Part shown: piece after piece, positions 44,833 to 53,413 of the stretch
How positions within the stretch are numbered: position 1 is the first letter of the stretch
Layout of the letters: every line of letters starts with the position of its first letter
Assembly (NCBI GenBank): GCA_035532215.1
Contig: DATKRK010000278.1
Location: 2,563 to 66,562 of the forward strand
DNA from: Pirellulales bacterium
GTDB taxonomy: Bacteria; Planctomycetota; Planctomycetia; Pirellulales; JAICIG01
DNA: 64,000 nucleotides
Direction: 5' to 3'
Program-made: the position numbers and the translations under genes
The notes under the pieces: model-generated
What the model was told of the DNA's origin: nothing
The model's database searches: none
What the model saw: the letters and a program-made list of their open reading frames with translations, nothing else

Positions 44833-46074
44833 ATGATGCGCGTGTTTTCCATCTGCCGGAACGGATGCTGCTGCGCTCTGCTGGCCTTGGCCGGGCTTTC
44901 TCCGGCCGCGGCTCAAGAGCGGCTGCCCGCGCCGCGCCGCAATCCGCCGCCCGCGCGGCGCAGCGGAGAGCGCGTCGACCGGCTGCGTAAAATCGGCGGT
45001 CAGTTTGTCGGCGCTTTGACGGCCGATCCGCAATCGGCGCCCAAGCCGTTGGAAGTTTCCAAGCTCAACGAGGGCATTCTCTCGTTGCTCGAGCCGCTGC
45101 TGACCCAGGAACGCGCGCTCGAATCGCTGCACATCGGCTTCGACCCGGCAGGGACGAACTTTGCGCGTGACACGGTCAAGCTGCGAGGCAACGCCCGGCT
45201 GAAGCATACCCGCTGGTCGCCGAACCCGACCCAGATCAACGTCGAAGTGCAAGTTCGCATGGCTCGCGCCGAGAACGGCGCGCAGCAGGCTCTGCTGGAA
45301 GGCCAATTGCACGTCGAGACCGAGGTCATCCCGCTTGCCAATCGGGCCATCGCGCGATTCATGAATCGGGCCGAATCTCGACCGCCCGCCGGAACGAACC
45401 GGCCGTTGAGTGCGGAAGACGACTTTCGCGCGCGGTTGCGGGTGAAATTGGAACGCACGCCGCCTTTGACCTCGCTGGACGAGCTCGTCGATCTGGCCGT
45501 TTACGTGGCCGGCCTGCGGCTGGCGGTGGTCAACGATCAGATCGATCGGCTCAAGGATGGCGTGAACGCCGCGGCCGACGAGCGAGCCCGGGCCGCAGTG
45601 CTAGCGGAACTGGACCAGGTTCGCCAGAGCCGCGATCAAATGTTCGACGTCCGCCCGCGCGTCGATCGCGACGAGCGCGGTCGCGCGGCGGCCTTGGTGT
45701 TTACGATGGTCAATTCAGGGCTTTCCGGCAACGGGCGAATGAATCATCTCGAATTCGTGATCCGCGAATTCGAGCTTCACCTGGTCGTCGACGGCACGTT
45801 ATTGGAGGGCGTAGAGTTCTATGCTCTGTTCAAGCCCGTACTGCTCAACACGCTAGAACGTCTGCAAAGCCGCGACCCAGCCACCATCCGGCTGGGGCAA
45901 GGCATCCTGCTCGACTCGTTCGGCAATGCTCGGTCGCTGTTGTTCGGCGAGCCTGTGCGCCCCGGTCCGGCTGACGAAGCCTTGCCGCGGATCGAACCGC
46001 CCCCTCAAGCGCCAGAACCGCTTCCGCGGACGCCCGAGCGACCATTGCCCGGGCCTCAAATCCGTTCTCGCTAG
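44833..46074 (+). CDS. Hypothetical secreted protein (413 aa)
   Basis: AAGGAG lies 5 nt before ATG 44833. Signal peptide MMRVFSICRNGCCCALLALAGLSPAAAQ. The upstream 58 codons of the track ORF overlap the MITE flank and are rejected. Confidence 0.6.
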   Translation: MMRVFSICRNGCCCALLALAGLSPAAAQERLPAPRRNPPPARRSGERVDRLRKIGGQFVGALTADPQSAPKPLEVSKLNEGILSLLEPLLTQERALESLHIGFDPAGTNFARDTVKLRGNARLKHTRWSPNPTQINVEVQVRMARAENGAQQALLEGQLHVETEVIPLANRAIARFMNRAESRPPAGTNRPLSAEDDFRARLRVKLERTPPLTSLDELVDLAVYVAGLRLAVVNDQIDRLKDGVNAAADERARAAVLAELDQVRQSRDQMFDVRPRVDRDERGRAAALVFTMVNSGLSGNGRMNHLEFVIREFELHLVVDGTLLEGVEFYALFKPVLLNTLERLQSRDPATIRLGQGILLDSFGNARSLLFGEPVRPGPADEALPRIEPPPQAPEPLPRTPERPLPGPQIRSR

Positions 46075-46133
46075 CACGACCGGCGCAAACCGATCGGATT
46101 CTGCACTCCGCGCGGCGTTCCTCGCGCAAACGG

Positions 46134-46190
46134 AGCTGCGGCATCCCTGCCGCATTTCCAAAAAGTGGCAAGGATGCCGCTTCTACTGCG
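46134..46190. repeat. Hairpin repeat, CCCTGCCGCATT ... GGCAAGGATGCCGCTTCTACT family, copy 1
   Basis: Shares CCCTGCCGCATT and GGCA(A/G)GGATGCCGCTTCTACT with 50889..50957. Confidence 0.55.
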
Positions 46191-46405
46191 CGAACCGAGG
46201 GCGCCAGCGGCCAGATTTCCGGGAAAAATTGCCCCAACGCTACCGACTCTACGGATTGGAAACCTTAGCAAAACCGCCCATTCTTCCTAATCGCTTGATT
46301 TTTACCTAGCGCCCGGTCGATCCTGAGCTTGCGTTGCGACGCGTGTCGTTTGTCAGCCCGCCGCGCGGCGGCTCGATGATTTTATCGCAAGTAGGAGGAG
46401 CACTG

Positions 46406-46765
46406 GTGGCCAAGTCCAAAAAGGCGGAAGCGGCGGCGACGGTCGATCGCCGCGGCAAAGGGGGCGAACGTCGTAAGGAGAAGCAAGACCGCCGAGTGTC
46501 GAGCCAGCCGGTGGCCGTCGAGCGGCGAAAGCTCGAACGTCGCGAAAAGGTCAGCCGCCGCCGTCAGATCGATCCCACCACCTGCGAACGCGACTATACG
46601 GCCGACGAAGTCGAATTCATGAACGCGCTCGACGACTACAAGCGCACCAGCGGGCGGATGTTTCCGACCTGCAGCGAAGTGCTGGAAGTGATCCGCAATC
46701 TGGGCTACGCCAAACCGCGCGAAGCGGTCCCGGCTGCCCCGAATCCTGAGTCGCGCGACGAGTAA
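46406..46765 (+). CDS. Hypothetical protein with a strongly basic N-terminal half and a Cys-containing C-terminal module
   Basis: AGGAGG lies 7 nt before GTG 46406. The N-terminal half is K/R-rich. C-terminal [47 protein letters not shown]. Confidence 0.55.
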   Translation: MAKSKKAEAAATVDRRGKGGERRKEKQDRRVSSQPVAVERRKLERREKVSRRRQIDPTTCERDYTADEVEFMNALDDYKRTSGRMFPTCSEVLEVIRNLGYAKPREAVPAAPNPESRDE

Positions 46766-46852
46766 GTAGGTCGCGCTCGGGTTGACAAAACGCCGGTCGC
46801 CGGGCGTAAATACGGGCGTCTCTTCGGTCGCCCGTTAGAAAAAAACGACGCT

Positions 46853-48058
46853 ATGCCCGGCGCTCGCACGCATAAAATCCTGATCGTCAACAGCGGCTCG
46901 TCGAGCCTGAAGTTCGCGCTGTTCGAAATGGACGGACGCGAAGCGCTCGTGCTCTCCGGAAAATTAGAGCGCATCGGCCTGCAACACGGCACGTTTCACG
47001 TGCGAGACGCCGCGGGCCGGACGCTCGTCGAGGAAACCGACGAAAAACTGCCCGACCACCAAACGGCGATCCGGCGGCTGTTGGATTGGCTCTCGCAAGC
47101 CGGCCACAGCCAGAACCTGGACGCCGCCGCGCACCGCGTCGTCCACGGCGGGCCGCGGCACAGCCGGCCGCAGCGGATCACGCCCGAACTCGTCGATGAA
47201 CTCAAATCGCTCGTGCCGCTAGCCTCGAACCACTTACCCGGCGCCTTGGCCGCCATCGAGGCTCTTACTCGAGCGCATCCGTCGCTGGCGGAAATCGCCT
47301 GCTTCGACACGGCCTTTCATCGCCAGATGCCCGAGGTGGCGCAGCGCTATCCCTTGCCGCGGCAATACGCCGACGAGGGCGTGTTGCGTTACGGCTTTCA
47401 CGGCCTGTCGTATGAATACGTGCTGCAAGAGCTGACGCAAACCGCGGGCGCCAACGCCGACGGCCGGCTGGTGATCGCCCACCTGGGCAACGGGGCCAGC
47501 ATGGCGGCCGTTCACAACCGACGAGGTCTCGATACGACGATGGGCTTTACGCCGACCGGCGGGCTGGTAATGGGTACCCGCGCCGGCGATCTCGACCCCG
47601 GACTGCCGCTGTACCTGCTCGAACAGCGCGGCATGACGCCGGCCGAACTGCACGAACTGCTCAATCGGCGCTCCGGACTGATCGGCGTTTCGGGCCTCAG
47701 TTCCGATATGCACGACTTGCTGCAGCGGGAAGCGGCCAGCGCCGACGCGGCTTTGGCCGTCGGGCTGTTTTGTTATCAGGCCCGCAAGTTCATCGGCGCC
47801 TTGGCGGCGGCCTTGGGCGGGCTCGACGAACTGATCTTTACCGGCGGCATCGGCGAAAACGCCGCACCGGTTCGCGCCCGTATCTGCGAACCGCTGGAAT
47901 TCCTGGGCGTGGCCGTGGATGCGGCCCGCAACGAGGCCGGCGAAGCGATCATCTCGCCACCCGGCGGCCGGGTCGTCGTGCGTGTCGTCAAAACCAACGA
48001 AGAATTGATGATGGCCCGGCACGCCAATCGGCTGCTGCGCGACGTCTGCGCCCAGTAG
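46853..48058 (+). CDS. ackA: Acetate kinase
   Basis: ILIVNSGSSSLKFALF, HRVVHGG, FDTAFH, GFHGLSYEY, AHLGNGASM, FTGGIGEN. Confidence 0.9.
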   Translation: MPGARTHKILIVNSGSSSLKFALFEMDGREALVLSGKLERIGLQHGTFHVRDAAGRTLVEETDEKLPDHQTAIRRLLDWLSQAGHSQNLDAAAHRVVHGGPRHSRPQRITPELVDELKSLVPLASNHLPGALAAIEALTRAHPSLAEIACFDTAFHRQMPEVAQRYPLPRQYADEGVLRYGFHGLSYEYVLQELTQTAGANADGRLVIAHLGNGASMAAVHNRRGLDTTMGFTPTGGLVMGTRAGDLDPGLPLYLLEQRGMTPAELHELLNRRSGLIGVSGLSSDMHDLLQREAASADAALAVGLFCYQARKFIGALAAALGGLDELIFTGGIGENAAPVRARICEPLEFLGVAVDAARNEAGEAIISPPGGRVVVRVVKTNEELMMARHANRLLRDVCAQ

Positions 48059-48125
48059 GGCAGGCATTCCTATTCCTGCCTGCCATTCGTGGTCAGGGCA
48101 GGCAAGAATGCCCGCCCTACTGGGA
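48051..48125 (+). terminator. 75-nt imperfect hairpin overlapping the ackA stop codon (dispersed-repeat type)
   Basis: CCCAGTAGGGCAGGCATTC (48051..48069) pairs with GAATGCCCGCCCTACTGGG (48107..48125). An inner CCTGCCTGCC / GGGCAGGCAAG pairing is also present. No T-run. Confidence 0.4.
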
Positions 48126-48296
48126 TCTGACGCAAGTGTCCAATGCCCGCCTGACGATTAGATGCGTCGCGGCAAGCCAGATTTCGACTCAGCATTGACC
48201 GCCAACTCGGCCTCGACCTAAAATCAGGCGCGTATGGATGTAATTTCAGATCAGTAAATCTGGAATCAACGGCCGGACCTTCAGGAACCGAAGTCG

Positions 48297-50795
48297 ATGC
48301 GAAATCGCTTGTTGCGCTCACTGGGCTGGGGGCTTTGCGCCGCCTTTGTCTGCCTGCCGTTAGCCGCCCGCGGCCAGGACGCCTTGCCCAAGTTCGATAT
48401 CCAGGGACTCAATGCGAACGTCATCGGCGACCCCGGCGGGAGGGATAAGCCGGTCACGATCGAAGCCGCATTCTACGTCGAGCCCGGCGCCCGCACTGGC
48501 GAGTTGGCAATCACCGCCAAGCTCGACAAAGGCTGGCACATTTATTCGATCACCCAGTCCCGTGGCGGGCCGATCGTCACGCAGATCAAGCTGGCCGAAA
48601 GCGAGCAGTACAAGCTGACAGGCGATTTCGCAGCCTCTCCGACGCCCAAAAAGCACATCGATCAAGCAGCCTGGCCAGGACTGGAACTGCAAGAGCACTA
48701 CGAGCGCGTCACCTGGACGGCGCCGATCGAAATTGCTGAAAGCGTCGACCCGACGCAACTGGAAATCGCCGGCAAGGTGTACGCCCAGGCCTGCGAGAAG
48801 GGCTGTCTTCCGCCCGAGGATATGCCCTTTACCGCAAAGTGGCACAAGCCCGCAGAGAAACCGGCGGCAAGCGAACCCGCCGCCGCAGTCTACTCGGCCG
48901 AAGGGATCTCGTTTCGCGGGCATCTCGAGCCCAAGGTCGCCGTCCCCGGCGGCAAAGTCAAGCTGGTGCTGACGGCGGAGCCTGCCGAGGGCTGGCACGT
49001 TTATGAACTCGGCCGTCCCGATGGCGAGGCGGTATCGCACCCGACGCTGATCGTCGTCACCGACGGCGCCGGGTTGGAAGTCGGCGAAACCTTGCCCGAC
49101 GTAGAACCCAAACACGAAGGCGATAATCCGGTCGCTCAATACGACGAGCCCGTAAGCTGGACGACCGAACTGACCGTGCCCAACAGCGCCCAACCGGGCG
49201 AGTTGAAGCTGAGCGGCTTGCTGGCCTATCAAGTCTGCAACGCCAGTTGCCTGCGGCCGACGGCCATCGGCTTCGAGACGACGTTGACAATCGATTTCAA
49301 CTCGGCCGACGGCGTCGTGCCGGTGAATTTCACGAGCAAAACCAGTTATAGCGAAGCCGCCGATGCGCTCGCCGACGACCCCGGCGAACTCGATTTAAGC
49401 CAGGTTAAAGCGACGGGCGTCGAGACGGCGAATCAGCCGCTTTGGCGAATGATGCTGTTCGGCCTGTTGGGCGGCTTGATCCTGAACGTCATGCCCTGTG
49501 TATTGCCGGTCATCGGGTTGAAGGTGTTGTCATTCATCGAGCAGGGCGGTCAGAGCCGCAGCCGCGTGTTGATGCTGAACATTTGGTACTCCCTTGGACT
49601 GCTGTCGGTGTTCATGGTCTTGGCGACGCTGCCGGTGGCGGCGCGGTTGTTGTTCGGCCAGCAGTTCAGTTGGGGCCAGCAGTTCGCCTACGACGGCTTC
49701 AACATTACTTTGACTTCGATCGTGTTCGTGATGACGCTGAGTTTTCTCGGCGTGTGGGAGATTCCGATTCCCGGTTTCGTTGGCAGCGGCGCGGCCAACG
49801 ACCTGGCCGAGCAAGAAGGGTTTTCTGGCGCCTTCGTCAAGGGCGCGTTGACGACCGTGCTGGCCACGCCGTGCAGCGGACCGTTGTTGGGACCGGCCCT
49901 GGGTTTTGCGTTCGCCCAGCCGCCGCTGGTGATCTACTTGATGTTCGCCTGCATCGGCTTGGGCATGGCCAGCCCGTACCTGCTGATCGGCGCGTTCCCC
50001 AGCTTGATTCGACGGCTGCCCAAGCCCGGCGCCTGGATGGACACGTTCAAGCAGACGATGGGCTTCGTGCTGCTGGCGACGGTCGTGTACCTGATGACCT
50101 TGATTCGTTGGGAGCGATTCATTCCCACGCTGGCGTTTCTAATGGGACTGTGGGCCGCGGCGTGGTGGGTCGGCCGCGTGCCGTTGTACGCTGAGTTTTC
50201 AGCGAAAGCACGGGCCTGGGCTGGCGCGTGCGCGTTCGCCGCCTTAATTGGCCTTTTCTCGTATCAATGGCTCGGCGGCGTGATGGAAAGCCGTTTCGAG
50301 ATGATGATGAATCGCGAAATCGCCGCACGGCTCAGCGGCAAGGATCAGGCGGCGAAAGTCGCACAAACCGAAGAGGGGCATGAGCTTCCTTGGCAACCGT
50401 TCTCGATGGCCAACCTGGTCGAATACACGCGAGAGGGAAAGACGGTCATGGTTGACTTCACGGCCGATTGGTGTCCGAGTTGCAAGACGCTGGAAGCGAC
50501 CGTGCTGAATACCGAGGCGACTCGCGAATTCCTCGCTGCAAACGGCGTGATTCCCATGGTGGCCGACATGACGCGAAATCCGCCCGACGAAGCCGAGCTA
50601 TTGAGCGCACTTGCCGGGCCCAGCGGCGCCGTGCCGGTGTTGGCGATTTTTCCGGCAGGACGCGCGAATGAGCCGATCGTCCTCGCGGCCGGCTTCTACA
50701 CCCGCGGCGAATTGCTCGAAAGACTGAAGCAGGCCGGCCCTTCGAAGGGCGCCGTCGGCCAGAAGAACGCGACGGCCATGGTAGGCGCCAAGTAA
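48297..50795 (+). CDS. dsbD: DsbD-type protein-disulfide reductase with two tandem N-terminal DsbD-alpha-like domains, CcdA-like TM core and C-terminal thioredoxin
   Basis: Two copies of GWH(I/V)Y...Y(A/Q)(Q/V)(A/C)...C motifs (YAQACEKGCLPPE, YQVCNASCLRP). TM core with LNVMPCVLPVIGLK and ATPCSGPLLGP. C-terminal DFTADWCPSCK. Confidence 0.85.
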   Translation: MRNRLLRSLGWGLCAAFVCLPLAARGQDALPKFDIQGLNANVIGDPGGRDKPVTIEAAFYVEPGARTGELAITAKLDKGWHIYSITQSRGGPIVTQIKLAESEQYKLTGDFAASPTPKKHIDQAAWPGLELQEHYERVTWTAPIEIAESVDPTQLEIAGKVYAQACEKGCLPPEDMPFTAKWHKPAEKPAASEPAAAVYSAEGISFRGHLEPKVAVPGGKVKLVLTAEPAEGWHVYELGRPDGEAVSHPTLIVVTDGAGLEVGETLPDVEPKHEGDNPVAQYDEPVSWTTELTVPNSAQPGELKLSGLLAYQVCNASCLRPTAIGFETTLTIDFNSADGVVPVNFTSKTSYSEAADALADDPGELDLSQVKATGVETANQPLWRMMLFGLLGGLILNVMPCVLPVIGLKVLSFIEQGGQSRSRVLMLNIWYSLGLLSVFMVLATLPVAARLLFGQQFSWGQQFAYDGFNITLTSIVFVMTLSFLGVWEIPIPGFVGSGAANDLAEQEGFSGAFVKGALTTVLATPCSGPLLGPALGFAFAQPPLVIYLMFACIGLGMASPYLLIGAFPSLIRRLPKPGAWMDTFKQTMGFVLLATVVYLMTLIRWERFIPTLAFLMGLWAAAWWVGRVPLYAEFSAKARAWAGACAFAALIGLFSYQWLGGVMESRFEMMMNREIAARLSGKDQAAKVAQTEEGHELPWQPFSMANLVEYTREGKTVMVDFTADWCPSCKTLEATVLNTEATREFLAANGVIPMVADMTRNPPDEAELLSALAGPSGAVPVLAIFPAGRANEPIVLAAGFYTRGELLERLKQAGPSKGAVGQKNATAMVGAK

Positions 50796-50829
50796 ACGCG
50801 GCATCGCTGCCGCGTTCGCTCCCTCTTCG

Positions 50830-50888
50830 CGTAGGACGGACTTCCAGTCCGTCACTCGGCGGGAGACGGACTGGAAGTCCGTCCTACG
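50830..50888. terminator. Perfect 24-bp stem / 11-nt loop hairpin between convergent dsbD and purM
   Basis: CGTAGGACGGACTTCCAGTCCGTC (50830..50853) and GACGGACTGGAAGTCCGTCCTACG (50865..50888) are exact reverse complements. Confidence 0.5.
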
Positions 50889-50957
50889 GCGGCAACCCTG
50901 CCGCATTCAACCGGCAGTTGTACGCTTTGAAAGCGGCAGGATGCCGCTTCTACTTGC
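50889..50957. repeat. Hairpin repeat, CCCTGCCGCATT ... GGCAGGATGCCGCTTCTACT family, copy 2
   Basis: Same family as 46134..46190. Abuts the purM stop codon. Confidence 0.55.
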
Positions 50958-52019
50958 TCAGGCCCAAACGACGTCGCCCGCTCCGGCGACGATTTCGCCG
51001 ATGGGCCAGTTCGCCAGGCCGCAGTCGGTCAGTTGATGGCGTATGCTCTCGGCGTAATACGAGCTGACCACGAGCACCAGCCCCAGGCCCATATTGAACA
51101 CGCGGTCCATTTCGTCGTCGTCGATGTCGCCCAGCCGCTTGAGCCAAGGGAAGACGGGCGGCACGGTCCAACTGTCGCGCTCGATCACGGCCCGCGAGCC
51201 CGCCGGGATGATTCGCCCCAGGTTTTCGTGCAACCCGCCGCCGGTGATGTGGGCCACGCCGTGGACCACGCTTTTGACCTTGTATTTGCTGAGCACCTGC
51301 CGTAGCGGCCGGGCGTAAATCCGCGTCGGTTCGAGCAGCTCTTCGCCGACCGTGCGGCCGAGTTCTGCGACGCGATCGCCGATCGTTAGCCCGCCAATCT
51401 CGAACACCGCCTTACGGACCAGGCTGTAGCCGTTGGAGTGCAAACCGCTCGAGGCGACGCCGATCAAGGCGTCGCCCGGCGCGATCGCCGTGCCGTCGAT
51501 CACGCGACGCCGCTCGACGATGCCCACGCAAAACCCGGCCAGGTCGTAATCGCCGCGGACGTAGATATCGGGCATGATCGCCGTTTCGCCGCCCAGCAAA
51601 GCGCAATCGCTCTCGATACAGCCGGCCGAGATGCCCTCGACGAGCTGTTCCAGCCGCTCGGGGTCGTCGTGCGACATGGCCACGTAGTCGAGGAAGAACA
51701 GCGGCTCGGCCCCGCAGCACAGCGCGTCGTTGACGCTCATCGCCACCAGATCGATGCCGACCGTGTTGTGAACGCCCGCCAACTGGGCCACTTTGAGCTT
51801 CGTGCCCACCCCGTCAGTGCAGGACACCAGCACCGGATCGACATAGTTCCGGGCGAACAAGGGGCTGGCGAAATCGAGTTCGAACAGTCCGGCGAAGCCC
51901 CCTTCGAGCTTCCTGACGCGCGGCGAATGGGTCCGCGCGAGCAGCCGCGGCAGCCGCGACATGCTTTGGCGATAGACCTCAAGATCGACTCCCGCGTCTT
52001 TGTAAGTGGCTTTGGCCAT
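50958..52019 (-). CDS. purM: Phosphoribosylformylglycinamidine cyclo-ligase (AIR synthetase)
   Basis: [68 protein letters not shown]. Confidence 0.92.
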   Translation of the reverse strand: MAKATYKDAGVDLEVYRQSMSRLPRLLARTHSPRVRKLEGGFAGLFELDFASPLFARNYVDPVLVSCTDGVGTKLKVAQLAGVHNTVGIDLVAMSVNDALCCGAEPLFFLDYVAMSHDDPERLEQLVEGISAGCIESDCALLGGETAIMPDIYVRGDYDLAGFCVGIVERRRVIDGTAIAPGDALIGVASSGLHSNGYSLVRKAVFEIGGLTIGDRVAELGRTVGEELLEPTRIYARPLRQVLSKYKVKSVVHGVAHITGGGLHENLGRIIPAGSRAVIERDSWTVPPVFPWLKRLGDIDDDEMDRVFNMGLGLVLVVSSYYAESIRHQLTDCGLANWPIGEIVAGAGDVVWA

Positions 52020-52056
52020 TGACTTTGCTCGATGCTCCTGGCGACGGCGAGCTACG

Positions 52057-52086
52057 ATTCTAGGAGGCGATGCGGAGGATTGTCAA
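52057..52086 (-). promoter_or_regulatory. Candidate sigma-70-type promoter for purM
   Basis: Minus strand reads TTGACA (52086..52081), an 18-nt spacer, then TAGAAT (52062..52057). AGGAG precedes the ATG about 40 nt downstream. Confidence 0.35.
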
Positions 52087-52169
52087 ACGAGCGGCAATGC
52101 CGGTAGTGATACCATTTGCGAGCATGTCAAGGAAAAAGGGCGAATTGGAAGGACGAGCTTGGCCCCATC

Positions 52170-52325
52170 CGCGTTTGCCACCAGCTTTAGCTGGTGGGGA
52201 CCGGCAACCATTCTCTCTCTTTGGGAGCCGGCTTTAGCCGGCTTTTTGAGCCCTCGGGAAGCCGGCTGAAAAAGAAGGTTGATGTTGTTTCGCTACCACC
52301 AGCTAAAGCTGGTGGCAGACAAAGC
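52170..52325. repeat. Cluster of small hairpin repeats (CCACCAGC-TTTA-GCTGGTGG, GCCGGC-TTTA-GCCGGC)
   Basis: 52178..52197 and 52296..52315 are inverted copies of the same 20-nt hairpin. GCCGGCTTTAGCCGGC at 52227..52242 is followed by TTTTT. Confidence 0.6.
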
Positions 52326-52553
52326 GATAATTTTTTCTTGACACCAGTTCAAGGTGCGGATTAGCCGGTCAATCGTCGCTACCGCCGGGGCAAGCCCGGC
52401 GGAGAGCCAAAACCAGTTGCCGGGTACGCGATCTTAACCAAGTCGTTAGCCGGAAACGTTGACATCCGCCGCCGTCCGACTACCCTGACAACGCAGGCGG
52501 AATCCGCCGATATGACGCGGCGCCGGTCAATGGAATTCAAAGGAACAACGCCG

Positions 52554-53315
52554 ATGAAGCGTGTCTCTCCAACCCGCTGGATCTTTGCGCTGTCGCTTCT
52601 CGCCGCGGGCTCGGTCGGCGCGTTGCTGGCCGCCGATCCTCCGGCGCCGCCGAAGCTGTCGTCCATCGTGCCGGCCGCCGATCTGGTCGCCCAGGCCAAG
52701 CTCTATCTCGCATCGTTCGACAAGGGCCTGGCGGGCGAGCAAGAATACAAGGAAAGCGCCAGCAAGATCGAACGCGACGCCCACACGTTGACGGCGCTGG
52801 CCTTGGCATTGGCCAATCACGACGCGGACAACGAATTGCAAGCCGCAGCGCCTGCCGTCATGGCGGCTTCGCAAGCGTTGGCGGCGGCCCAAGACTACGC
52901 CGCGGCCCATGCCGCGCTAAAATCGCTGCACGCGGCGATGGAAGGCAAGGGCGAAAAGGGCGGCGCGCCGAAGTGGGGTTGCGTCGCGCCAATGGACCAA
53001 CTGATGAAGCAAGTCGTGTTCGTCAATAATCGGCTCAAGCGGGGGATGCGTCGGTTCGCCAAGCAAACGGAAGAACAGGCCCGCGACGCCGCCGTGCTGG
53101 CGGTAATCGCCCAGGAATTCGTTTACGACGACCCAGGGATCGCCGAATCGGACGATCTGGACCGCTGGTATCAGTTGTGCGGGCAAATGCGGGACGCAGC
53201 AGGCGAATTGAACGCCAAGGCGCGTGCTGCCGATAAAGCAGGAGCGGAAGCAGCGCTCGCGAAGCTCGCTCAAAGCTGCGACGATTGCCACGAGGTCTTC
53301 CGCGTCGAGGAATAA
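52554..53315 (+). CDS. Secreted helical protein with a C-terminal CxxCH; cytochrome c-prime-like (class II), about double normal length
   Basis: AAAGGAA lies before ATG 52554. Signal WIFALSLLAAGSVGALLA. Ala-rich helical sequence. The single heme motif CDDCH is 7 residues from the C-terminus, as in cytochromes c-prime. Confidence 0.6.
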   Translation: MKRVSPTRWIFALSLLAAGSVGALLAADPPAPPKLSSIVPAADLVAQAKLYLASFDKGLAGEQEYKESASKIERDAHTLTALALALANHDADNELQAAAPAVMAASQALAAAQDYAAAHAALKSLHAAMEGKGEKGGAPKWGCVAPMDQLMKQVVFVNNRLKRGMRRFAKQTEEQARDAAVLAVIAQEFVYDDPGIAESDDLDRWYQLCGQMRDAAGELNAKARAADKAGAEAALAKLAQSCDDCHEVFRVEE

Positions 53316-53413
53316 TCGTTCGGTTGCAAGGAGGCTCGTTTCGGCCTCGGCGTCGCCCTTGGACGCTGCAACCGAGATGCGCCCTTTCTTGGTCCCGTTC
53401 GGTGAATCGCTCG

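Noticed and set aside
52020-52520. ZTP (pfl) or purine riboswitch upstream of purM.
   Set aside because: The candidate promoter leaves only about 40 nt of leader. No GGGTCGTGAC...CCGCCTGGGCA-like signature was seen on the purM strand.
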